64,000 nucleotides of DNA from Candidatus Altimarinota bacterium (GCA_046314355.1 JBKBWQ010000001.1:736001-800000), one strand, 5' to 3'; positions 18,474-29,133 are shown, numbered from the stretch's first letter. Notes: a model not told the origin generated them from the letters alone. Translations and numbers: made by a program.

Positions 18474-19811
18474 ATGATCCAAGAAAGAATCCGAAAGCTC
18501 AATCAGTATGAATACAAAGAAGGTCCTGTTCTGTATTGGATGAACCGGGATATGCGTGTCCATGATAATTGGGCGTTGCTCTTTGCAGAACATATTTCAC
18601 AAAGATCAGAGGCTCCGCTCCTTGTACTCTACAATCTTGATCCAGAGTTTTTAGGAGGAGGAAGACGTCAGACAGACTTTAAAATACAAGGCTTAAAGGA
18701 AATAGAAACAGAGCTTCAAAAACTTACTATCCCCTTCTTTCTCGTATGTGGAAATAATACTGAGGATGATATTATTACTTTTTGTGACAAGCACAATATT
18801 GGTGCATTAGTGACAGATCTGTTTCCTTTAAAAGTCCCAAAAAGCTGGCTGGAAAAAATAAAGAAAAAAGTAAAGATACCTCTCTATCAGGTCGATGCTC
18901 ATAATATAATTCCAGTATGGACAGCCTCACCAAAACAGGAATTTGGTGCATACACCATTAGACCAAAAATTCATAAACTTCTCCCTCGGTTTCTTGATGA
19001 ATTTCCAAAGCTCCAGAAGCAGAAAATAGAATATACATATGAGAAGATAAACTGGGATAAAGTAGAAAAATCCATTAAAACAGATGAGAACATACAACCT
19101 GTAGATTGGATTACTTCAGGACAGAAAGCTGCAATGAGGAGGTTAAAAACATTTATAAAAGATATACTTCCAAACTATTCAGAGCAAAGAAATGATCCTA
19201 ATAAAGATGTGCTCTCAAACCTTTCGCCTTACCTGCATTACGGTCAGATATCCGCTCAAAGAATAGCTCTCGAGGTTTCAAACTCTTTAGCTCCAGAGAA
19301 TGCAAAGGAGACCTTTTTAGAAGAACTTATCGTTCGCAGAGAGCTTTCGGATAATTATTGTTATTATAATGAGCATTATGACAGCTTCGAAGGATTTCCA
19401 AACTGGGCAAAGATCACTCACGAGAAACATAGAGAGGACCGAAGAGAATTTCTCTATACAAAAAAAGAATTTGAGGAAGGTAAAACCCATGAAGCCTTAT
19501 GGAATGCATGTCAGCTTCAGATGGTAAAGACTGGAAAAATGCACGGCTATATGAGAATGTACTGGGCAAAGAAAATACTAGAATGGACAAAGGATATTGA
19601 AACTGCACAAAAAATAGCCATCTATCTCAATGATAAGTATGAGCTTGATGGACGTGACCCTAACGGCTATGTAGGTATAGCCTGGGCACTAGGAGGGCTT
19701 CATGATAGAGCCTGGGTAGAGCGGGATATCTTTGGACAGATCCGGTATATGAATGAGAACGGATCAAGAAGGAAATTTGACGTAGATAAATACATTGATA
19801 CCTGGCTCTAA
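18474..19811 (+). CDS. phrB: Class II CPD photolyase
   Basis: YWMNRDMRVHDNWAL, LSPYLHYGQIS, MHGYMRMYWAKKILEW, DGRDPNGY. Confidence 0.95.
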   Translation: MIQERIRKLNQYEYKEGPVLYWMNRDMRVHDNWALLFAEHISQRSEAPLLVLYNLDPEFLGGGRRQTDFKIQGLKEIETELQKLTIPFFLVCGNNTEDDIITFCDKHNIGALVTDLFPLKVPKSWLEKIKKKVKIPLYQVDAHNIIPVWTASPKQEFGAYTIRPKIHKLLPRFLDEFPKLQKQKIEYTYEKINWDKVEKSIKTDENIQPVDWITSGQKAAMRRLKTFIKDILPNYSEQRNDPNKDVLSNLSPYLHYGQISAQRIALEVSNSLAPENAKETFLEELIVRRELSDNYCYYNEHYDSFEGFPNWAKITHEKHREDRREFLYTKKEFEEGKTHEALWNACQLQMVKTGKMHGYMRMYWAKKILEWTKDIETAQKIAIYLNDKYELDGRDPNGYVGIAWALGGLHDRAWVERDIFGQIRYMNENGSRRKFDVDKYIDTWL

Positions 19812-19833
19812 ATGTAAAATCGCCTTTCCTAGA

Positions 19834-20442
19834 TTATGGGCGGATCTTATACTCTAAACTCTCTTTTTGAGGTGTTAGCGACTCATATGATAGGACCATA
19901 TCTCCTGTCGCAGTTTTCTTATCAACTTCAAAATATAAAGCACCCTGCACAGTTTTCCCATTTGCTAATTGGACTTGCTGCACAATGTGATCCTGAACTT
20001 CATTTGCACTACCTAATTCTGATTCAAGGATAGTTTTTGCAATAGGTGTATCTAAAGAGAAATTCAGACTATCAAATGGAAATGCTTGTTCTGAAATACC
20101 TGTAATCCTTACTCCAACTCTTACAAGCTGGTATTCCTGTGCTACATTCCTTTTAAAAAGAGGATTTTTATCCTGATAATTCCCTTCTAAAGATACTATT
20201 TCAAAACGTGCACTGCTCATTCTATTCAGAACCACTGTGCCCGTTTCTTCTATAGTAGAATTGGAGTTTTTATTTACATTGATATTCTCCGGCTCTAATG
20301 CGGAAAGATCGGTCATCTTTATCTCAGATGTATTTTCATTTTCCAATACACTATTCTCGTTCTTCTGCGGAGTAATCTCAGGATCGCTGCAGGCAGCTAT
20401 AATCCCTACAAAGAGAAATACAATAAAAACAAGTCGTCTCAT
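19834..20442 (-). CDS. Lipoprotein, DUF4352-like
   Basis: Lipobox IAAC; LANGKTVQGALYFEV. Confidence 0.65.
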   Translation of the reverse strand: MRRLVFIVFLFVGIIAACSDPEITPQKNENSVLENENTSEIKMTDLSALEPENINVNKNSNSTIEETGTVVLNRMSSARFEIVSLEGNYQDKNPLFKRNVAQEYQLVRVGVRITGISEQAFPFDSLNFSLDTPIAKTILESELGSANEVQDHIVQQVQLANGKTVQGALYFEVDKKTATGDMVLSYESLTPQKESLEYKIRP

Positions 20443-20453
20443 AAGTATGTAAA

Positions 20454-21041
20454 TTATGCTTTAGGCTCTTCAAGCATAGCATCTATAATCATAGCCTGAA
20501 GTTTAGGTGCTTTTGAAGAGTATGGATATACGCGGCATCCAGGTGCCTGCATCTGAATATTGCGGAGTATTTTTGACTCTTCACTCTTTTTCACTTTATC
20601 GATTTTATTAGCAATAACGATTATCTGATACCTATCCTGATGATGAGAGAGAGTATCTAACATATCAAGGTCCAGCTCAGTGGGTCCTATATTTGCATCT
20701 ACGAGAAGTACCACAGTACGAAGTGGGATCGTATCATCAGTAAGGTACCAGAATATTCTATCTTCAATCTGTTCACGGAGCTTTCTAGGCTGTTTTGCAT
20801 ACCCATATCCAGGAAGGTCAACGAAATAGAACTTTCTATTCACAAAGAAAAAATTTACCTCCAGAGTACGTCCAGGCATAGAACTGCTCTTTGCAAGTTT
20901 CTTGTTATTTACAAGAGAATTGATAAAGCTCGATTTACCTACGTTTGAACGTCCGATAAAAGCAATCTGAGGACGCACGTCTCTAGGAAGCCCCTCTCTG
21001 TCCACCGCTCCTTTTATAAACTCTGCTGTCGTGATTTTCAT
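20454..21041 (-). CDS. engB: Ribosome biogenesis GTPase YihA/YsxC
   Basis: GRSNVGKSSFIN, DLPGYGYAK, NKID. Confidence 0.95.
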   Translation of the reverse strand: MKITTAEFIKGAVDREGLPRDVRPQIAFIGRSNVGKSSFINSLVNNKKLAKSSSMPGRTLEVNFFFVNRKFYFVDLPGYGYAKQPRKLREQIEDRIFWYLTDDTIPLRTVVLLVDANIGPTELDLDMLDTLSHHQDRYQIIVIANKIDKVKKSEESKILRNIQMQAPGCRVYPYSSKAPKLQAMIIDAMLEEPKA

Positions 21042-21111
21042 AATAATGATGCAATTGAAATACGCGATGAATAGTATAGGAAAAAGAAGAAAGGCTCAAG
21101 GGGGAAAAAAT

Positions 21112-21250
21112 AGGGCTCGAGTAATTGAGTAATTGGGGCTCATAATTTGGCGCACATTATTGGGCTGCAATAATTGAGCTCAATTATTTAATGATGTGAG
21201 CCAAATTACTGAGCCTAATTATTGAGCCCAGTTACCGAGCCCCAATTACT
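21112..21250. repeat. Modular palindromic intergenic element, copy 2
   Basis: GGGCTG-CAATAATTGAGCTCAATTATT core at 21168-21188 with inverted ~13-nt units. Confidence 0.85.
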
Positions 21251-21319
21251 TTTTCAAAGTCCTTGACCTTAAAGGTAAAACCAGGACAATGGGCTTATAT
21301 TTACGGTTTATCATTACTT

Positions 21320-22408
21320 ATGCAAAAGCTCCGTATAGCACTACTTTTTGGAGGAAAATCCGCTGAACATGAAATCTCCATTAAATCCGCAAAGGCGATT
21401 TATGAAAACTTGGATAAGGAAAGATATGATGTCTACCCTATCCCCTTCACCAAGGAGAATTTCTGTGTACTATCTCTTGATGAAGAGACTCAGGAAATGT
21501 CCTTTGAAAAAGGCTACGAGGTACTGGAGAATGGCTTTATCGATGGTAGCGAGCGAGGCCTGCCCCCTGCGGTACTCTCTTATGCAGATATTGAGCTTAT
21601 TATTCCTATCATCCATGGTTCCTTTGGCGAGGATGGAAAACTCCAGGGAATGCTTGATATGCTTGAGATCCCGTATCTGGGAGCAGGAGTACTTGGAAGC
21701 GCTATAGGGATGGATAAGGAAATTCAGAAGATTTTGGTAAAGTCTCAGGGTATTGAGATCGCTCCGTTTAAGGTATTTCATCATGCGGACTGGAGCAAAG
21801 ATCAGACAGCTATACTGTCAGAGATTCAGGATAAACTTTCACTTCCATATTTTGTAAAACCGGCAAATGCAGGTTCTAGCGTAGGTATTTCAAAAGTAAA
21901 AAGCGCAGACATGCTAGAAGCAGCAATGAACGAAGCATTTCTTTATGATACAAAAGTGATCATCGAAGAAGGACTCTCATCTGTACGGGAAATTGAATCC
22001 GCGGTTATCGGAAACTCTGAGATAGAAGTTGCAGAAGCATTTTCAGAGGTTATACCCGACCGTGAGTTTTATGATTATGAAGCTAAATATGCTTCTGATT
22101 CCAAATCACAGGTCATCATCCCAGCAGCCTTTACAGAAAAAGAGCACCATACATTAAAAGAGACAGCAAAAAAGATTTACCGCATTCTTCAATGTTCTGG
22201 ATTTGCAAGGGTAGACCTATTTGTGGATAAGGAAGGAGTAATATATTTTAATGAGATCAATACTCTTCCGGGATTTACTCCTATTAGTGCTTTTTCAAAG
22301 ATGTGGAAGGCTTCAGGAGTCAGCTATCCGCAGTTACTTGATAAACTTATACAGCTTGCCCTCGATAGTGCAGAAGAGAAACAGAGATTAAGATACAGCA
22401 AGGCATAA
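21320..22408 (+). CDS. ddl: D-alanine--D-alanine ligase
   Basis: GGKSAEHEIS, HGSFGEDG, KPANAGSSVG, FYDYEAKY, NEINTLPGFT. Confidence 0.96.
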   Translation: MQKLRIALLFGGKSAEHEISIKSAKAIYENLDKERYDVYPIPFTKENFCVLSLDEETQEMSFEKGYEVLENGFIDGSERGLPPAVLSYADIELIIPIIHGSFGEDGKLQGMLDMLEIPYLGAGVLGSAIGMDKEIQKILVKSQGIEIAPFKVFHHADWSKDQTAILSEIQDKLSLPYFVKPANAGSSVGISKVKSADMLEAAMNEAFLYDTKVIIEEGLSSVREIESAVIGNSEIEVAEAFSEVIPDREFYDYEAKYASDSKSQVIIPAAFTEKEHHTLKETAKKIYRILQCSGFARVDLFVDKEGVIYFNEINTLPGFTPISAFSKMWKASGVSYPQLLDKLIQLALDSAEEKQRLRYSKA

Positions 22409-22419
22409 GAAAAAAGTAA

Positions 22420-22490
22420 GAGCAGCAAAATAATTGAGCTCAATTACTGAATGATGTGAGCCCAATTATTGAGCCCTAATTACCGAGCCC
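22420..22490. repeat. Modular palindromic intergenic element, copy 3 (core plus right arm)
   Basis: AATAATTGAGCTCAATTA at 22429-22446 then GAGCCCAATTATT-type units. Confidence 0.8.
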
Positions 22491-22495
22491 CACAC

Positions 22496-23203
22496 TTACC
22501 TATACTTCTTCATCTCCGCTCTCAGCTCCTTCCAATGAGGCATTGCACTCTCTACAATACTCCAGAATTTATCGGAGTGATTCATCTGCTGGAGATGAGC
22601 TACTTCATGCACGCAAACATATTCAAAGAGTTCTTCAGGCAGCAGAAGGGTCTTTAGAGATATACTTATATTCCCTCCTCCAGAGCAGCTCCCCCATCTT
22701 GATTCATTGTGGCGGATCTGTACATTTTCAAGTTTTTTATAGCCAAAATAATCAGTCCACTCTGCAATCACTTCTTCCACATAGGTTTGCAGGTACTTCC
22801 TTGCATAGGAAAGAAGAGCTTTTATGATCATCTCCAAAGTAATATGATCAGAGTATTCTGAGACTGGCACTAGGTGGATTGCACGGTCCAGCTTCGAGAT
22901 TTTGAATACAATTTTTGTTTCCTCCACAATAATCATGTTCCTGGCTCCCCAGCTTACAAAAATATCTACCGATTTATTGTGTACAAAATCAGCACGGGAG
23001 TTTTTTAATATCTGCCTCAAGATAAAAGTTCCCTGTTCCATCTTACTGAGCTTTGGAAGTATCCTGGAGAGCAGCTTATCAATATGTATTTTTCTCTCAC
23101 TCTCTGACAGAAACGAAGAAATACGAAGAATAACCTCGCCATTTCGTACATATGCTGAGGAATGTCTCTTGCGGACATATTCGATGTGAATCGGAGGGGA
23201 CAT
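22496..23203 (-). CDS. YgjP/DUF45 (M48-like) metallo-domain protein
   Basis: SRWGSCS, YVCVHEVAHL, NHSDKFW. Confidence 0.9.
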   Translation of the reverse strand: MSPPIHIEYVRKRHSSAYVRNGEVILRISSFLSESERKIHIDKLLSRILPKLSKMEQGTFILRQILKNSRADFVHNKSVDIFVSWGARNMIIVEETKIVFKISKLDRAIHLVPVSEYSDHITLEMIIKALLSYARKYLQTYVEEVIAEWTDYFGYKKLENVQIRHNESRWGSCSGGGNISISLKTLLLPEELFEYVCVHEVAHLQQMNHSDKFWSIVESAMPHWKELRAEMKKYR

Positions 23204-23213
23204 GAGATGAAAA

Positions 23214-23322
23214 CAATTAATTTATTGGACTCAATAATTGAGCTCAATTATTGAGTCCAATTATACTACCCAATGTACTAAATTCAATTACCAATTACTC
23301 AATTACTATTTACTTAATTACT
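23214..23322. repeat. Modular palindromic intergenic element, copy 4
   Basis: Perfect 38-bp palindrome ATTGGACTCAATAATTGAGCTCAATTATTGAGTCCAAT at 23224-23261, then CAATTAC repeats. Confidence 0.85.
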
Positions 23323-23328
23323 TCCCCC

Positions 23329-23718
23329 CTACTTCACCTCAAACGGCGCACTCACATGCGGTGTTCCCTTGATCTGTATCAGGAGCGCATCTCCTTTTTC
23401 TAGCATCTGCTGATCTTGTACTGCTGTACAAGCACATCCAGCAGGAGAAGTACATGGAGGTATTACTATATCTGAACGAGTAAGCTGTGTATTTGAAGTA
23501 TTGAGAGCTTCTGAGTACTGAAAACATCCCTGAATCATTCCGTACTGTCCGGGGCATTTATCATCTGAGGCATCATCAAAGCCGTCTCTGTCTGCGTCTA
23601 TAGCAACTGTAGTCTGCGCATAGGTACTATCAATATATATTACTGCACATGAGAAGAGCAGAAACGAGAAACTGCACAGTATAATAAGTTTATTTCTTAA
23701 GTTCGCCACAGTCATCAT
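23329..23718 (-). CDS. Secreted Cys-rich protein with thrombospondin type-3-like Ca-binding motif
   Basis: Signal peptide; DADRDGFDDASDDKCP; CTSPAGCAC; overlaps upstream gene. Confidence 0.65.
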   Translation of the reverse strand: MMTVANLRNKLIILCSFSFLLFSCAVIYIDSTYAQTTVAIDADRDGFDDASDDKCPGQYGMIQGCFQYSEALNTSNTQLTRSDIVIPPCTSPAGCACTAVQDQQMLEKGDALLIQIKGTPHVSAPFEVK

Positions 23719-25057
23719 TGATACGATGTAAATGAGTCAGACATACAAAGGTAAAATCGTCTGCAGAGGAAGCGCTGGTATTATTTATACGGGAAAGAGT
23801 ATCTGTCATCTGATCCATTTTACCAAGAAAATATTGAGTTGTCTCATATTTTCCTAAAGTATCGTAGTTCTTTGCCATATACTGTTCAAGAGCCTCTTCT
23901 TTCTGTCTATCAACAGTATACACCTGTTGGCTGTAAGTTACAGGGATATCTGTAAGAGATTTTCTTGTGATCTTTCCTGTAGTTGCATCTATCTGGACGA
24001 TTTGATCCTGCAGCTGCGTAAAGGTAAAATTATTTACTGGTGCACCATTGAGACGGAGAGTATCGTTGAACCCCGCAAGTTTTCTAGCAGCCTCGGTAAA
24101 CTCAGTAAGCGGAATTCCAATAACTCCTTCAAGGACATTTCTTGCAAAAGTTCTCTCTTCTCCTTTCTGTATACCTTGCCCAGTAATAATCGTACTGCCG
24201 TCTGGTCCTCTGACTTTTATCTGACCAAGTAATTCATTGAGATCAAATTTAATTGTAGAGAGACTCATAACTGCATCTCCAAACTCTTCAGCCGTCTCAC
24301 TGATGGAGGAGACAGCCTGGGTAAGGTTATCGAGAGAATAGTTAATATCATCTAAACCATATTCCTGCGACTGACAAGATGTCAAAGATGCATCCTTGTA
24401 GTCCTTTATATATGAGAAAGGATTCTGATTCTTAGTCGCAGTTGTGTAGCGGGCTAAAACCGCATTTGTTACCGCGCTAAGCGTACCATCAAGACCATTT
24501 GGATAGTAGGCGGTGGTCTGGTCAGACTGCATCATCCAGAGATAGAGCTGTCTGTAGGCAAGGTATCTGGCTTGGATGTCCTGATAGAGTGGAAGTGTCT
24601 GTATCTTTTCTCCCTGCATCACGTCTGTCACATTAATAGACATACATGCATCCATAGACTTATTCATAAGACCTCTCATTTCTTCCAGCTGTTTTTCAGC
24701 TAATTCCACATCCTGTAGAAGTAATGCTGAGGTTTTTGTATTTGATCCATTGAGAGCAGTTCTTATCGTATTAATAGTAGGATCACCATATTTCTCTAGA
24801 AAAGCTTTTGAAAGCTGATCTTCCTTGGCACTTATAGAAGTCAGATCCAGTCCGAATACAGTTATCTTAGGGATAATACATCCCTTTTGCTGAAGGAGAT
24901 CCCGAACTGCTGCATTGTAAGCTTCCATTTCTATGAGATAAGTCCTTGTTACTTTTGGAGTTACACAAAGGGCTTCCTTTGCATAGCTCACTCCTGGTAC
25001 AAGCAGGAAGCACCAGAGGAGAAAAAATATTCTAATTATATGAGTTGTATATTTCAT
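23690..25057 (-). CDS. Secreted hypothetical protein
   Basis: Signal peptide ending VSYA; helical; several Cys; starts 2 nt after upstream stop. Confidence 0.8.
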   Translation of the reverse strand: MKYTTHIIRIFFLLWCFLLVPGVSYAKEALCVTPKVTRTYLIEMEAYNAAVRDLLQQKGCIIPKITVFGLDLTSISAKEDQLSKAFLEKYGDPTINTIRTALNGSNTKTSALLLQDVELAEKQLEEMRGLMNKSMDACMSINVTDVMQGEKIQTLPLYQDIQARYLAYRQLYLWMMQSDQTTAYYPNGLDGTLSAVTNAVLARYTTATKNQNPFSYIKDYKDASLTSCQSQEYGLDDINYSLDNLTQAVSSISETAEEFGDAVMSLSTIKFDLNELLGQIKVRGPDGSTIITGQGIQKGEERTFARNVLEGVIGIPLTEFTEAARKLAGFNDTLRLNGAPVNNFTFTQLQDQIVQIDATTGKITRKSLTDIPVTYSQQVYTVDRQKEEALEQYMAKNYDTLGKYETTQYFLGKMDQMTDTLSRINNTSASSADDFTFVCLTHLHRINDDCGELKK

Positions 25058-25059
25058 AG

Positions 25060-26622
25060 TTAGTTGTGTTGAACTTTAGTACTAGCAAAGTTTTTGCTTA
25101 TTTTCTTCAGAGCTTCCATCTGAGTAAGTAAAGCCTGCAGTTCTTCAGTCAAATGTGTAAGCTGTCCACCGATCACTTCTTCATAATCAGTGAGATTCTT
25201 GGCATTGATTTGCTGCGTTTGAAGTTTTATAGCTAACTCTTTGGTTTCCTTCTGTTTAGCTAGCATATTGGCATATTGAGCTGCATAATCACCAGAAGCA
25301 ATATTTGCAGGTGCGACCGCATCAGAAGCATTATTACTACCTGCTACAGCATTCCACATCTTTCCAAGCAGTCCAATAAGATCAGGATCAGTAAAGTCTG
25401 CCTTATCCACCCTAGGAACGATAGGAACCCATGAAATCTGCAGAAAGTTATCCGGCACTTCAAACTTTAAGTCCTGCCACCCAAAGCTAAAGATAGCCCG
25501 AGGTTCATTTTTCAGCTGCAGATTCTGTGCAGAGAGCTCTGATGTAGCATCAGAAAGCTTTGTAAGACTTGTTCTCAATGCAGGACTATCTAGGCCTACT
25601 CGTCTTGTGGTAAACATAGTGCCTGCTTCATCAGCAAATCCTGTTTGAAAATAGACTTTAATACAGAAAGATTCCCAAAGACAATTCCACTTATCTAAGT
25701 TTTCAACAGTCCCATTTATACTTTGCTGAGCATCATTCAGGATTTTTTGAGCAGCACTCAGAATATTTGATGTATCTTTTTTTAGAACAGCTTCGTTGTC
25801 AAAAGATGGATCTGGTGTAGTCTTTGCTCTTTCAAAACGTGCAAAACTCTTTGAAATAGCTTCCTTCTCCGGCTCAGAGAAGGTCTGCGTACTAGCTGTC
25901 ACAGGAGCTGCACCGGGCAATGGACAAAATCCAAGAGTATTCGGATCAGTATTTGAGAAAGAAAAACTCTTCATAGTATCCGCAAGGCTTGAAGCGGGTA
26001 CTTGTACATACTCAGGTTTATACCAGTTTCCTGTGAGATATTTTGCATCTGGAGATATATCCCTTGTCCATCCTGGAAGTTCTCGGTCCTTTGCACCATT
26101 AATTTTTTCCTTCAATAGTGCGATATCGTTCAAAAGATCAAATCCTGAATTTTTGGTATCGCCGTCAGAAAATACATTTTGATACCGTATGCTTGAAATT
26201 TTCTGTCCAAAGCGCTCATTTAAGGCAGTAATTTCCTCACATTTTTTCTGATAATGTGTACTGTCATTAATTCCCTGAGTAGTTCCCTGCACACTTGATA
26301 CCCCACCTGCAGTTTTCGGCAGACAGTTTTGAGGTAGAAGGCGTGAGAGAGCACTATCTGTAAATTTTGTCAGTCCTTCTTTTCTATCATGTTCAAGCAG
26401 ACGCTGCATTTCGATCATAGTCTGTTTTGGAACAAATTCACGCACCTCCTTATCTATTCTGAAATACTGAGATTTCAGAGGAGAGTCCAGTAATGAAACC
26501 CCTGGGGTATTCTTTAGAAGAGCAAATAGTTTATCATCTTGTTCATCTGCAAAAGCAGTATGAGAAAACAATACTCCGATTCCAAGGACGATACCTAGTT
26601 GTAGAAGTAGTTTATATGACAT
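25060..26622 (-). CDS. Secreted hypothetical protein with C-terminal coiled coil
   Basis: ATG 26622 directly after upstream stop; signal peptide ending AFA; heptad-rich C-terminus. Confidence 0.8.
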   Translation of the reverse strand: MSYKLLLQLGIVLGIGVLFSHTAFADEQDDKLFALLKNTPGVSLLDSPLKSQYFRIDKEVREFVPKQTMIEMQRLLEHDRKEGLTKFTDSALSRLLPQNCLPKTAGGVSSVQGTTQGINDSTHYQKKCEEITALNERFGQKISSIRYQNVFSDGDTKNSGFDLLNDIALLKEKINGAKDRELPGWTRDISPDAKYLTGNWYKPEYVQVPASSLADTMKSFSFSNTDPNTLGFCPLPGAAPVTASTQTFSEPEKEAISKSFARFERAKTTPDPSFDNEAVLKKDTSNILSAAQKILNDAQQSINGTVENLDKWNCLWESFCIKVYFQTGFADEAGTMFTTRRVGLDSPALRTSLTKLSDATSELSAQNLQLKNEPRAIFSFGWQDLKFEVPDNFLQISWVPIVPRVDKADFTDPDLIGLLGKMWNAVAGSNNASDAVAPANIASGDYAAQYANMLAKQKETKELAIKLQTQQINAKNLTDYEEVIGGQLTHLTEELQALLTQMEALKKISKNFASTKVQHN

Positions 26623-26623
26623 A

Positions 26624-27595
26624 TTATTTACCTTTATTTTTATCTCCGTCCACGGAGGAATTTGGAAGTTTATAGCGCAGCTGATCCATGACTCGAGCCA
26701 TTCTATCAAATTGAGTAGTGGTTTCTTTTAGCTGCTTCTTCATGTAGGTGTATTGAAGATGCTGAGGGTAGCTTAGAAAAAATTCCTGATACCACTCCAG
26801 CATGTTGTCATCTACCATATCAGCAAGCTTACTTTCCTGAGCTTTAAACGTAGTCAGGTTTACTCCTGATAGTGCTGCTCCAAGGTTTGTACCACCAGAG
26901 GTATTCTTTTGTTCTTTAGGCGCGTTATTTGAAAGGATAGTCAGAGCATCCTTGTAGTTTCTTGTTTCATAAAACAGACGGAAACGCAGTATAGTAAGAG
27001 GATTTTCTTCATCAGGAATCGCTACTTCTGCCGGAGAGCTACCTGCCGCTTTCTTCTTGTCCTCTGCCTGCTTGACCCGGAATTCACTCACACTTTTCTT
27101 TATACCTGCACGCTCAGCATCAGTATACTGAAAAGAATATTCAGGAAGATCCTTATCTGATGCCTGCTTTTTACCAAGATTCTCACAAATACCTGCAGAA
27201 GCATCTCCCCCATCAAGCACTGCTAGAGCAGAACATATCTGGTATTGAGTAAAATAAATATCCTTCGCTATTGTTGCAGAAAGATTCAAACACTCAGCAG
27301 ACATGGAATATGGTTTTGGATCAAACTCATCAGGAGTAAGTACTTTACTCATCTTATTGTCGTAATAGTATTGTACCGCAAGAACCGAAGCATCCACATA
27401 ACAGCTTTGCGCCTGTGCATGATAATTTCTTAGGTATTGAAATTTGGTAGAAGTATCAAAACCTGCGTCCAAAATTCTACTATATCCATCTCCTCTTGGT
27501 GGTTCTACGGCTTTCGAAGTAGAAAAAGCATTATATGAGAGTAATGTACATTGCAGAATACCTATAATAAAAATTGTTTTTGTTGTGAGTTTCAT
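26624..27595 (-). CDS. Secreted hypothetical protein
   Basis: Signal peptide; Cys pairs; long amphipathic C-terminal helix. Confidence 0.8.
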   Translation of the reverse strand: MKLTTKTIFIIGILQCTLLSYNAFSTSKAVEPPRGDGYSRILDAGFDTSTKFQYLRNYHAQAQSCYVDASVLAVQYYYDNKMSKVLTPDEFDPKPYSMSAECLNLSATIAKDIYFTQYQICSALAVLDGGDASAGICENLGKKQASDKDLPEYSFQYTDAERAGIKKSVSEFRVKQAEDKKKAAGSSPAEVAIPDEENPLTILRFRLFYETRNYKDALTILSNNAPKEQKNTSGGTNLGAALSGVNLTTFKAQESKLADMVDDNMLEWYQEFFLSYPQHLQYTYMKKQLKETTTQFDRMARVMDQLRYKLPNSSVDGDKNKGK

Positions 27596-27604
27596 AGTTG
27601 TAGA

Positions 27605-28276
27605 TTATTGACCTGCGTTTTGACCGGTAATCAGATAATTAACTCCTTGGATTATCTTATCTAGCCGCCCCCTTACTATTTCAAAATCCTCATTGAAGCT
27701 TCTCAGAGCAAGATTGAGATCCTCAATAGCCTTTGCATAAGCATAGGTCTTTTTAGTATTCATATCCCAGCTCGCAAAACTTAGAATGATATTCTCATAC
27801 TTCTCCCGTATATTTTCAACCTTTAATATACACTGATCCCGCAGTGTCTTTCTTTGGAGCTCATTTGTATTATTCAAAGGGCTTTTATCAGTTGGGGCTA
27901 CCTTTTCAGGACGGCATGCAGTAACTCTCTGGCTTGCAGGGATAGGAGCGTCTGGACTGAGATTTCTCTGGCATATTTCTTCAGCATCCGTAGTGAGATT
28001 GATGAGACCAGTTTTAGCACGTATGAGAAGCTCCATAGTGGGAACATCTGCAAACTGACCATACTCTGTCAGGGTGCCCTCAAAAGCAGTGGTCCTTTGA
28101 GCAAAGATAGTATCTATGCCAGCACTGCATTTCTGAGCCTCAGGACTGAATGCCTGAGCATTTTGAGTTACAGGCGTATCCTGTGCTTTGACCGACTGCA
28201 CCAAAAAAAACAATACCACAAGTACCTGTAGAAAAATAATCGCGGCTAGAGAAAGTTGTTGGAAAAATTTACCCAT
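27605..28276 (-). CDS. Secreted hypothetical protein, first gene of operon
   Basis: Signal peptide ending VKA; four Cys; C-terminal amphipathic helix. Confidence 0.8.
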   Translation of the reverse strand: MGKFFQQLSLAAIIFLQVLVVLFFLVQSVKAQDTPVTQNAQAFSPEAQKCSAGIDTIFAQRTTAFEGTLTEYGQFADVPTMELLIRAKTGLINLTTDAEEICQRNLSPDAPIPASQRVTACRPEKVAPTDKSPLNNTNELQRKTLRDQCILKVENIREKYENIILSFASWDMNTKKTYAYAKAIEDLNLALRSFNEDFEIVRGRLDKIIQGVNYLITGQNAGQ

Positions 28277-28342
28277 AGAATATGTAGAAATACATTCATA
28301 CTATTTTATCAAAGGCAAAGCTAAAAAGCCATTACTCCCCCT

Positions 28343-29059
28343 TTACAAATTGTTGTATTTCTCGAAGAAGATATGTTCTTTCATAATTCCCTGGGATAAA
28401 AGAAGATTTTTCACATCGTCGATCATACTTCCGCTTCCACAAATATAGAAATCCGTATCTTCCGCATGTTCATTATTTTTCTCAAGATAATGAGTCACTC
28501 GTCCTACAAAGTTACTGCACTCTCCTTCAGGTCTTGAGACGCAAGGAGCAAAAGTAAAATGCTCTCCTTCCTTTGAAGAAAAGTACTCTATGTAGCAGAG
28601 ATCCTTCAAAAAACTCACTCCAAAAAGCAAAGTTGAATGTCTCGTATCTCCTTTACTCCACATATCCTCGAGCATGGCTTTGAAAGGTGCAACTCCAGTG
28701 CCTGTAGCAATAAATACAATAGGATGGTCATTCTGCTGAAGAGTAAACCTTCCCGCCGGTCCCACAAACTGAATACTCTCTCCTATTTGAATATGCGGGA
28801 AATACCCATCTGTCGCTCTTCCCTCGGGAATACGCTTGTAGCATAGCTCAAATCTTCTACTGCTGTCAGGACCAGAGGAAATAGAATACTGACGCATCAC
28901 CATCTTCTCATCCTCATGTCGTGCCGGAACCTCTATAGATACAAACTGCCCTGCCTGGTATGAAAAATCAAACTGTGGTGGTACCTCAAATACAAGCTCA
29001 AAAACATCATCTGTTAATACTCTCCTTTCAACCAATACTGCTTCTTTCTTAAAAGACAT
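28343..29059 (-). CDS. Ferredoxin-NAD(P)+ reductase-like FAD/NAD oxidoreductase
   Basis: GQFV, RQYSISS, GPAGRF, IATGTGVAPF, YICG, FFEKY. Confidence 0.92.
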   Translation of the reverse strand: MSFKKEAVLVERRVLTDDVFELVFEVPPQFDFSYQAGQFVSIEVPARHEDEKMVMRQYSISSGPDSSRRFELCYKRIPEGRATDGYFPHIQIGESIQFVGPAGRFTLQQNDHPIVFIATGTGVAPFKAMLEDMWSKGDTRHSTLLFGVSFLKDLCYIEYFSSKEGEHFTFAPCVSRPEGECSNFVGRVTHYLEKNNEHAEDTDFYICGSGSMIDDVKNLLLSQGIMKEHIFFEKYNNL

Positions 29060-29133
29060 AGTCCATGTACATAAAATAAGTACGGACATAGTAGCAAAAG
29101 AGGGAGAAGGGATCAAGGGGGGAATTGGGGAAA

